Position numbers and translations under genes: made by a program
In this document: positions 25,946 to 32,000 of the stretch, piece by piece
Layout of the letters: each line of letters begins with the position of its first letter
Numbering within the stretch: position 1 is the first letter of the stretch
The notes under the pieces: generated by a model
Seen by the model: only the letters and a program-made list of their open reading frames with translations
What the model was told of the DNA's origin: nothing
The model's database searches: none
DNA from: Candidatus Saccharimonadota bacterium
GTDB taxonomy: Archaea > Nanobdellota > Nanobdellia > Pacearchaeales > GW2011-AR1
DNA length: 32,000 nucleotides
Assembly (NCBI GenBank): GCA_049511795.1
Contig: JBEKXS010000002.1
Location: 83,987-115,986, forward strand
Direction of reading: 5' to 3'

Positions 25946-26887
25946 ATGACTGAAGATGCTGCTCAAATAAAAAACAGGATTGTTTCCATAATGATGAGGC
26001 GCGGGCCTAGCATTCCTGTAAACATATCAAAGGAAATGGGATTAACTATTCTTTTTGCATCTGCATTTCTCTCTGAATTAGCATCTGAAAAAACAGTCAA
26101 GATAAGTCACATGCGCGTTGGGAGTTCGCCTGTTTATTACCTTCCTGGCCAAGAAACATCATTAGAAAAATTCTCGCAATTTCTTAAAAGCAGGGAAAAG
26201 GATGCATTTCTTCTTCTCAGAGAAAAAAAGTTTTTGAAAGACAGAGAGCAAAGTCCTGCGATAAGAGTTGCTTTAAGGGAAATAAGGGATTTCGCCATAC
26301 CTTTCAATGCAGGAGAAGAAGTTGTGTGGAGATATTATCTTGTTCCTGAATCAGAATTCAAATTTGTAAAACTAGAATTGCCGAAAGTGGAAGAAAAGCC
26401 AATTTTAGTGCAGCAAATAAAAGAGCCAGTTGTTGAACTTGAACCCGAGCCCGGAAAAGAAAAGCCATTAGTTCATGTAATAGCTCAAGAAAAGCATGAA
26501 AAAACAATAAGAAAAGAAAAATTAGAAAAAATAAAATCAAAAGCGCCTTCTATGCAATCTGTAAAAAAGAAAAAGCCAATTAAGAAAGATGACAAATTCT
26601 TTTCAAGCATAAAAGAATTCCTTTCAAGAAATTCAATAGAACTCCTGGACATTGAGAATTTCGGCAAAAGAGAAATTATTCTTAAGGTCAAGGATAAAGG
26701 AAATGATAAGCTTCTTATCGCTTATAATAAAAGCAAAATTACCGAGAATGACATAATAAATGCGGCAAAAAAGTCTTCTGAGGCAGGGGTTCCGTACATT
26801 ATTTTGGGACAGGGAGGAACGCTTAAGAAACTTGACAATCTGATAGAAGCAATCAAAAATCTTTCTTCAATAGAAAAGCTCAAATAA
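25946..26887 (+). CDS. Hypothetical protein: two N-terminal winged-helix-like modules, K/E-rich linker, C-terminal possible restriction-endonuclease-fold (Mrr-like) domain
   Basis: The track ORF starts at TTG 25937; the first ATG is at 25946. wH-like segments are ISKEMGLTILFASAFLSELASEKTVKISHMRVGSSPVYYL and AFLLLREKKFLKD...AIRVALREIRDFAIPF. The C-terminal ELLDIE...REIILKVKDKGNDKLLIAYNKSKITENDI...GVPYIILGQGG loosely fits a D...ExK nuclease-fold pattern. Confidence 0.5.
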   Translation: MTEDAAQIKNRIVSIMMRRGPSIPVNISKEMGLTILFASAFLSELASEKTVKISHMRVGSSPVYYLPGQETSLEKFSQFLKSREKDAFLLLREKKFLKDREQSPAIRVALREIRDFAIPFNAGEEVVWRYYLVPESEFKFVKLELPKVEEKPILVQQIKEPVVELEPEPGKEKPLVHVIAQEKHEKTIRKEKLEKIKSKAPSMQSVKKKKPIKKDDKFFSSIKEFLSRNSIELLDIENFGKREIILKVKDKGNDKLLIAYNKSKITENDIINAAKKSSEAGVPYIILGQGGTLKKLDNLIEAIKNLSSIEKLK

Positions 26888-26937
26888 AAATCTTTAAAAA
26901 CTTGCAAAAAAGAGAGATTAATAAGAAAAACAGAAAA

Positions 26938-27153
26938 ATGGGAAAAATAAAGTCAAAAATGATTAAACGCTCGGCAGAAGAGCTAGTGAAACGTGGAATA
27001 GAATTTAATCCTGATTTTGATTCAAACAAAAAAGCTCTGGGCAACACAATGCCAAGCAAAAAAATAAGGAATCAGGTTGCAGGATATTTATCAAGATTGA
27101 AAAGAAGAGAAGCTGAAAAAAAAGCTCAACAGAAAAGTTTCTTGCAAAATTAA
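26938..27153 (+). CDS. rps17e: 30S ribosomal protein S17e
   Basis: The track ORF begins at TTG 26902. ATG at 26938 gives MGKIKSKMIKRSAEELVKRGIEFNPDFDSNKKALGNTMPSKKIRNQVAGYLSRL, the typical eS17 N-terminus. About 71 aa. Confidence 0.85.
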   Translation: MGKIKSKMIKRSAEELVKRGIEFNPDFDSNKKALGNTMPSKKIRNQVAGYLSRLKRREAEKKAQQKSFLQN

Positions 27154-27225
27154 TGGCTCTGAGGAGAATTTAACTCCCGACCTCGGCCTCATGAGAGCCG
27201 CGCTCTAACACTGAGCTACAGAGCC
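27154..27225 (-). tRNA. tRNA with CAU anticodon (elongator Met or Ile2), 72 nt, no intron, no encoded CCA
   Basis: Minus strand GGCTCTGTAGCTCAGTGTTAGAGCGCGGCTCTCATGAGGCCGAGGTCGGGAGTTAAATTCTCCTCAGAGCCA. Acceptor is GGCTCTG/CAGAGCC (all Watson-Crick); D arm is GCTC-AGTGTTA-GAGC. Anticodon arm is CGGCT-CTCATGA-GGCCG and T arm is GGGAG-TTAAATT-CTCCT. G1-C72 argues against an archaeal initiator. Confidence 0.85.
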
Positions 27226-27245
27226 GAGAATAAAAAAGATAATTG

Positions 27246-27253
27246 ATTTAAAA
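27246..27253 (-). promoter_or_regulatory. Candidate TATA box (TTTTAAAT on the minus strand) for the tRNA(CAU) gene
   Basis: It lies 21-28 nt upstream of the mature tRNA 5' end (27225), the expected archaeal TATA position. AT-rich context makes chance matches likely. Confidence 0.35.
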
Positions 27254-27615
27254 GGTTTGAGGTAAATAAACTGGTTGTCACATGAACTTCTACTCTTGTA
27301 TTACACGAGAAGCATTTTATCAAAATCTTTGTAGAAAAAAAGATTGTTTGCGCTTAAACATTTAAGCTAAACTTAAATGTCTTTTAAAATATTAATATCA
27401 AATTAAAAATATAAAAAATAAAACATCAAAGGTTAGACTTATCTTCTTTTCTTTTTTCTTGCTTTTTTTCTTTTAGCCATTTTTTCTTTTTCCAGTCAAA
27501 ACCTCTTTTTAATTAATAGTATTAAGAATTATTTATTTAAAAAACTTTTCCTTTTTTTCCTATTTTGGGAAAAACTTCTGAATTTTTTTTAAAGTTCACC
27601 GACGGGAAACAAAAA

Positions 27616-29304
27616 TCATGAAAAAAGCTTGCCTGCTTTTTCAAATTTTATCTCTTTTTCGATTAGTTTTGATAAAATGTCATTAAGCTCTGAAATTTTC
27701 ACTCTTATCTGTTTTTTTGTGTCTCTATCTCTGATTGTGACATCTTTTCCCTTCAAAGAATCGCCGTCAATTGTGATGCAGAAAGGCGTTCCCATTTCGT
27801 CATTTCTTGCATATCTTCTTCCGATGCTTCCTGATTTGTCATAAAGGATATTCCAGTTTTTTCTTAATTGTTCAACAACTTCCTCTGAGATTTTCTCGAA
27901 TTTATCTCCTTTTACAATAGGAAAAACAGCTGCTTTTATCGGAGAAAGCTTTGGATGAAGTTTCAATAAAACATTTTGCCTTTCTTTGTCAAAAAAGTAT
28001 GAATCAAACATAAAAACAAGGAATGCTCTCTCTACACCAAGACTAGGCTCGCAAATAACTTCTGGAAGAATTCTTTCTTTGCTTTCTTCATCAAAAATTT
28101 TCAAATCTTTTCCAGAGATTTTCTCATGCTGGGTTAAATCAAAATTTCCCCGGTCAGCAATACCTTCAAGCTCTCTCCATCCAAAAGGAAAATTGAATTC
28201 CAAATCCCAAGTATCTGTTGAATAATGAGATAATTCATTTTTCATGTGCTGTCTTATCCTAAAATTCTCAGAATTGGCTCCAAGTTCTTTAAACCATTTT
28301 ATTTCTGTTGCAAGCCAGTAGGCATGCCAATCTTTTTTTATTATTTCTTTTTTCAAAGCGTCTAAAATTTTCATCTTAATAGGTTCTGTATTTTTTTCCT
28401 GTGATTCTGCAGAAAAAACAAGTATTTCCTCATCAGGAATTTTGTAAGGGCATTTCATACCTTTTTTTATGAAATACTCTATCTCCATCTGTTCAAACTC
28501 TCTGCTTCTAAAAAGAAAATCTCTTGGAGCAATTTCATTCCTGAATGATTTTCCAACCTGGGCTATCCCGCAGGGTAGTTTAAGCCTTGAATTCTCATAA
28601 ACTGTCTTGAAGTTTGCGAAAATAAGTTGCGCTGTCTCTGGCCTCAAATATGCCTTTATAGAATCAGAAACAATTGGTCCAACAGTCGTCGTAAACATAG
28701 GGTTGAATTCCCCCTTAACTTCAAATTGAGGATTGTTTTTGTATTTCTCTGCCTCAAACTTGTCAACCTTGAATTTCTCTTTTGTTTTTTTATTGACAAC
28801 AGCAACATCGATAAAACTTTCCGTATGCCCTGAAGCTTCCCAAACTTTTGGATTTGTTATTATTGCACCATCAATGCCGACGGTATCCTCTCTCTGTGAA
28901 ACATGAAATTTCCACCATTGCTTTTTTATATTATTTTTCAGTTCTGTTCCAAGAGGACCAAAATCCCAAAAGCCGGAAAGCCCGCCGTAAATTTCTCCTG
29001 ACTGGTATACAAATCCTTTTCTTTTGCAGAAAGCAGCAAGTTCTTCAATTGAAATTTTTGTTGGTTGAGCATCTTGGATTTCAACAGCATTTGCTTTCTT
29101 TTCTTCTTTAATTTCTTTTTTTGTATTTTCAGAAGAAATTTTTTTCTCTAGAATTTCCTTTGCTTTTTTCTCTGCATCTTTCCTGTTTTTTCCCAGATAT
29201 GCAATGGTTTTTGTCTTTACTTTTCCTGTCTCAGGAATTCTTTTATTTTCATTAAGATAATAGTACTCATTATCATGAATTTTTTTCTTGACTATAAATG
29301 CCAT
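27616..29304 (-). CDS. glyS: Glycyl-tRNA synthetase (alpha2, archaeal/eukaryotic type) with an N-terminal appended module of about 85 aa
   Basis: 562-aa ORF. The canonical core begins near residue 84 (ISIEELAAFCKRKGFVYQSGEIYGGLSGFWDFGPLG). Further blocks are YLRPETAQLIF, FRNEIAPRDFLFRSREFEQMEIEYF, PSLGVERAF and an anticodon-binding C-terminal domain. Confidence 0.9.
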   Translation of the reverse strand: MAFIVKKKIHDNEYYYLNENKRIPETGKVKTKTIAYLGKNRKDAEKKAKEILEKKISSENTKKEIKEEKKANAVEIQDAQPTKISIEELAAFCKRKGFVYQSGEIYGGLSGFWDFGPLGTELKNNIKKQWWKFHVSQREDTVGIDGAIITNPKVWEASGHTESFIDVAVVNKKTKEKFKVDKFEAEKYKNNPQFEVKGEFNPMFTTTVGPIVSDSIKAYLRPETAQLIFANFKTVYENSRLKLPCGIAQVGKSFRNEIAPRDFLFRSREFEQMEIEYFIKKGMKCPYKIPDEEILVFSAESQEKNTEPIKMKILDALKKEIIKKDWHAYWLATEIKWFKELGANSENFRIRQHMKNELSHYSTDTWDLEFNFPFGWRELEGIADRGNFDLTQHEKISGKDLKIFDEESKERILPEVICEPSLGVERAFLVFMFDSYFFDKERQNVLLKLHPKLSPIKAAVFPIVKGDKFEKISEEVVEQLRKNWNILYDKSGSIGRRYARNDEMGTPFCITIDGDSLKGKDVTIRDRDTKKQIRVKISELNDILSKLIEKEIKFEKAGKLFS

Positions 29305-29355
29305 TTTATCTGTAAATTATATTAGGCACTACAAATAGATATTTAAAATTATTGA

Positions 29356-30972
29356 TTACTTTTTTCTTACTGCTTTTCTGACAATAAAGAATACTACAAT
29401 AATCAGCAATAAAACAATCACTGCAGCAACAATGCTCGTTGTTCCCCCGCCCAAAACAGCTAATCCGCTCAAGAATCCTCCTGTAGGTGCACCGAGAACA
29501 ATTGTTTTAAGATACTCGCCTGAGTAAATAGATGAAGCATAATCTGTCTTTAATGTCAATGAAACATTCTGTGATTGATTCTGGAATAATGGAGATGAGC
29601 TATTTATTGGAATGTTTGCTGTGAATGTTTTTACAGTATTTGCACTTAGATTTCTGTTCTGAGACAAGTTGGAAACTAATAAATTGCTTGAATCAAGAAG
29701 ATCAAAATTAACTGTAACATTCTGCGTCTCGTTTGCCAATTCAAATAGAGAATAAATAACTCTTACTGTTCCAGAGCTTACCCTGTTTACACTTGTTAAA
29801 TTAAATCCTATTTGTGTTTTAATAACATTTATTATTAATGTTTTTGTCGCTGTCGCTTCTGCACATGTCAAAGTTAAACCAATGTTATGATTTCCAAGGT
29901 CTGAGTTTTTTGGAACATTCAATGAAAGGCTGTAAGTTATGCTTGCTCCTGCAGCTATATTCTGATTTTTTGATGAAGCACTTGCCCAGTCAGGGCTATC
30001 ACTTGTTAAAACGCAGTTTGTCAAATCAGCTGTTCCTGTATTCTGAACAGATAAAGAATAAGTTCCTGTTCCATCTTCATTCAAATTTTGCGTTGGAATA
30101 TCTGTAATTGCAACCCCTACAGTTTGTTGGACTGGTTGAGTCAATGTTGGTGTTGTGGTATTTGTTGCTGTTGTTAAATTTGTTTGATTTTGTGTTTGTT
30201 GTGTTGTGTTTGTTTGTGAAGGTAAAACTATTGAAAAGGCAGAGGGCTGATAAGCATTTCCAAAAGAACCTGCAACATAAAGATTGAAAGTGTAACTGCC
30301 AGCATTATTAAGATTAAATGTTGAATTGCCACAATTTGTTAAAGTTGTATTTATTATGACAAATGCACTTGAAGAATTTTGAACATTGTAAGAGCAGGTT
30401 AAATTATTTCCAACAACATTAAAAGTTATTGGTATTCCTGAAGTTGAATTAAATGTTCCAGAAGGCTGAACAACAGAAGCAGATGTGTTAACTTGTTGCT
30501 GTTGTTGCTGAATAAGGGAGTAATCTATTGAAACGCTGTTTAAGTATAATGTAATATTGGTCAAATTTGTGGAATCAAAATTAACAAGGTACTGGAAATA
30601 TCTATCAGTCATACTAAGGTTCATGTTAGTAATATCAATAGTAGAAAAGTTGTGGTCAGAACAATCAGAAACAGAGCAGATTCTAGCATTAAAAACAAGA
30701 TTACTGCTTCCTTGAACAGTTAAGTTGTTCCATGTAGAAGTATTTCCCGCATCAAATATTTTTGAAGTATATGTTCCTGTTGTCTGGTTTCCTGATAAAA
30801 CAACAGAGCTTCCATTATAAGCTGTGTTAACAAAAGTTCCTTGACTAAGGTTTGTCTGATCTCCCTGAAGAATTGCAAAGCCTGTAGGACTAAAATGAAG
30901 ATAAGATATCATGAAAACAGCTGCAAGAAGCATGATAACGGCAAATATTGAAATGCTAACCTCTTTACTCAT
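29356..30972 (-). CDS. Large Asn/Thr/Ser/Gln-rich cell-surface protein, N-terminal signal/anchor, C-terminal TM anchor with basic tail; probably heavily N-glycosylated
   Basis: 538-aa ORF with an N-terminal hydrophobic segment (ISIFAVIMLLAAVFMISYL). I count about 27 N-x-S/T sequons by hand. There is a Thr/Gln/Asn linker (SQTNTTQQTQNQTNLTTATNTTTPTLTQP) and a CARDB-like segment (YSLSVQNTGTADLTNCVL). The C-terminal TM is IVAAVIVLLLIIVVFFIV, followed by RKAVRKK. Confidence 0.7.
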   Translation of the reverse strand: MSKEVSISIFAVIMLLAAVFMISYLHFSPTGFAILQGDQTNLSQGTFVNTAYNGSSVVLSGNQTTGTYTSKIFDAGNTSTWNNLTVQGSSNLVFNARICSVSDCSDHNFSTIDITNMNLSMTDRYFQYLVNFDSTNLTNITLYLNSVSIDYSLIQQQQQQVNTSASVVQPSGTFNSTSGIPITFNVVGNNLTCSYNVQNSSSAFVIINTTLTNCGNSTFNLNNAGSYTFNLYVAGSFGNAYQPSAFSIVLPSQTNTTQQTQNQTNLTTATNTTTPTLTQPVQQTVGVAITDIPTQNLNEDGTGTYSLSVQNTGTADLTNCVLTSDSPDWASASSKNQNIAAGASITYSLSLNVPKNSDLGNHNIGLTLTCAEATATKTLIINVIKTQIGFNLTSVNRVSSGTVRVIYSLFELANETQNVTVNFDLLDSSNLLVSNLSQNRNLSANTVKTFTANIPINSSSPLFQNQSQNVSLTLKTDYASSIYSGEYLKTIVLGAPTGGFLSGLAVLGGGTTSIVAAVIVLLLIIVVFFIVRKAVRKK

Positions 30973-31097
30973 GTTTTTTCTAAGTTTTCTTGTTTTAAAA
31001 ACTTTTTTGATATTTATAATATATTTGTTTTTAAAGAGATATAGTCCTTTTTTTCTAAGGATAGTTTCTTTTAAGAAAAAGTTTATAAATTAATTAT

Positions 31098-31120
31098 GCA
31101 TTGATGATTAGTTACATAGC
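31098..31120. promoter_or_regulatory. Copy 1 of a 23-nt repeated motif; contains a perfect 16-bp palindrome TTACATAGCTATGTAA (31102-31117); candidate operator
   Basis: TTAGTTACATAGCTATGTAATAA, read directly. The palindrome was verified base by base. It lies in the divergent intergenic region between the surface-protein gene (start 30972, minus) and the wHTH gene (start 31205, plus). Confidence 0.45.
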
Positions 31121-31148
31121 TATGTAATAACAAGCAATTTAATGAAAT

Positions 31149-31171
31149 GCTATAGCAGTTAGTTATAAAGC
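31149..31171. promoter_or_regulatory. Copy 2 of the 23-nt motif (19/23 identical to copy 1, degenerate dyad); candidate operator overlapping a TATA-like TTATAAAG
   Basis: TTAGTTATAAAGCTGTGTGATAA. It starts 51 nt after copy 1 and ends 33 nt before the wHTH ATG. Confidence 0.4.
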
Positions 31172-31204
31172 TGTGTGATAAAGATAAACATTAACGCATA
31201 GTAG

Positions 31205-31405
31205 ATGAAAACAAAAAAAGAGATGGTTGTAGAGTTACTCAAAAAGAATTCTATGGGACTTACAATTGTAGAAATCTCTAAATTATTGAAAATTTCAAGA
31301 AATACAGTTGCAATTGTTCTTGCTGAATTAAAAGGGGAAGGAGTTATTACAATAAGGCCTGTGGGAAAAGCTAAATTGCATTATTGGGGTGGTGAACAAA
31401 AATGA
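31205..31405 (+). CDS. Mini winged-helix-turn-helix DNA-binding protein (66 aa)
   Basis: MVVELLKKNSMGLTIVEISKLLKISRNTVAIVLAELKGEGVITIRPVGKAKLHYW fits helix-turn-helix plus a beta-wing. Its stop TGA (31403-31405) overlaps the next gene's ATG (31402-31404). Confidence 0.65.
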   Translation: MKTKKEMVVELLKKNSMGLTIVEISKLLKISRNTVAIVLAELKGEGVITIRPVGKAKLHYWGGEQK

Positions 31406-32000
31406 AAAAGAAACTAATATTAGCAGTCTCTATTTTCGCGTTAGTATTATTGGTCAATATTATTTCTGCCTCGTTAAATGTGTCTTTAGCAGATCATGGT
31501 TCAAACATTAGAAACAAAACCAGCGGCAATCTTTTAGATTCTAGCAATTTAACTGTTTTAATTTATGATAATGCTACAGGAGGGAATTTAATTTACAATG
31601 AAACTTTTAATAATGCAATTATTAATGGTTCTTGGAATGTAATGCTTGGAGAAAATTCCTCAAATCCACTACCTTTGCAATTTGGACAAGTCTATTATAA
31701 AGATTACATAATCAATGGGGAAAATATTAATTTTACTAATTTAACAGGACAAAATGTAGATAGGCAATTCTTTTATTCTCCTCTTGGAGACATAAATTAT
31801 TCTTATATTTCAAATTCACCTTGGCTACTAATCTCTAACTGGAATGCAACAAATAGCTCATATGCATTATTGAATCAATTGAATAACGGAACATATACAA
31901 CATGGGCTAATTTATTTAATGGTAGTGTTGCATGGTATCAATTCACAAATAACAACTTCAACGGTACAGGTTACTTCAACACTTCAGGACAGGTTAATGG
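31402..32000 (+). CDS. Secreted Asn-rich protein with a signal peptide, 5' part only (continues past the window end)
   Basis: Manual translation gives MKKKLILAVSIFALVLLVNIISASLNVSLADHGSNIRNKTSGNLLDSSNLTVLIYDNATGGNLIYNETFNN..., open to position 32000. It has a classic n-h-c signal region and many N-x-S/T sequons. It is absent from the track because it has no stop inside the window. Confidence 0.65.
   Translation, partial: MKKKLILAVSIFALVLLVNIISASLNVSLADHGSNIRNKTSGNLLDSSNLTVLIYDNATGGNLIYNETFNNAIINGSWNVMLGENSSNPLPLQFGQVYYKDYIINGENINFTNLTGQNVDRQFFYSPLGDINYSYISNSPWLLISNWNATNSSYALLNQLNNGTYTTWANLFNGSVAWYQFTNNNFNGTGYFNTSGQVN

Noticed and set aside
26902-26937. TTG-initiated 12-codon extension of S17e (likewise TTG starts at 9924 and 25937)
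   Set aside because: The canonical eS17 N-terminus MGKIKS begins at ATG 26938. The extensions are artefacts of the longest-ORF rule with alternative start codons.
27439-27480. 13-codon minus-strand ORF MAKRKKARKKKRR*, reminiscent of ultra-basic ribosomal protein L41e
   Set aside because: It is much shorter than known L41e (about 25-40 aa) and lies in a polypurine/polypyrimidine run that yields Lys/Arg codons by chance. There is no evident promoter or SD. Worth a glance only if conserved in relatives.
27154-27615. tRNA-adjacent long spacer as a scar or attachment site of an integrated element
   Set aside because: There is no integrase, no duplicated tRNA fragment that I could find, and the next gene is the core glyS. 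Composition matches the rest of the window.
31092-31097. TGATGA (C-box-like) upstream of the wHTH gene, possible C/D box sRNA
   Set aside because: There is no matching D box (CUGA) at a suitable distance and no terminal stem or C'/D' pair. The preceding base is T rather than a purine. The region is better explained by the repeated operator-like motif.
31098-31171. Direct repeats as a possible mini-CRISPR array
   Set aside because: There are only two imperfect 23-nt copies and no cas genes. They sit in a divergent promoter region. A regulatory site is the better explanation.

Overview
AT-rich (about one-third G+C by eye, not computed), very gene-dense chromosomal segment of a small-genome archaeon, most consistent with a DPANN-type lineage (inference). 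Archaeal hallmarks are GatD/GatE, TFE-alpha, tRNA-splicing endonuclease EndA, ribosomal protein S17e, deoxyhypusine synthase, pyruvoyl arginine decarboxylase PdaD, and archaeal-type AspRS, ProRS and GlyRS. Clearly bacterial-architecture genes sit among them: AlaRS, LeuRS, DisA, a MacB/FtsX-type ABC exporter and an HtrA-like protease. I support about 33 protein genes (2 truncated by the window edges), 2 tRNAs and a few small dyad or repeat elements. I saw no rRNA, CRISPR array, transposase or integrase. Many genes are separated by 0-15 nt or overlap by ATGA. The track's extra ORFs are nearly all antisense shadows, and the track also uses TTG starts, so several N-termini are trimmed here. Best leads: (1) a mini wHTH gene preceded by a repeated dyad-symmetric site, translationally coupled to a secreted Asn-rich protein and divergent from a heavily sequon-decorated surface protein; (2) a full-length DisA diadenylate cyclase co-transcribed with a RecJ-like DHH/DHHA1 phosphoesterase; (3) a PRTase-fold ORF wedged inside gatD-gatE next to a GatE that lacks its insertion domain; (4) a four-gene coupled MacB-type operon with a small Cys-containing membrane protein and a beta-rich surface protein; (5) appended or deleted domains on GlyRS, AlaRS and TFE; (6) a tRNA(CAU) with a covarying non-canonical elbow pair. 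All functional calls rest on motif recognition by eye; no database search was run.
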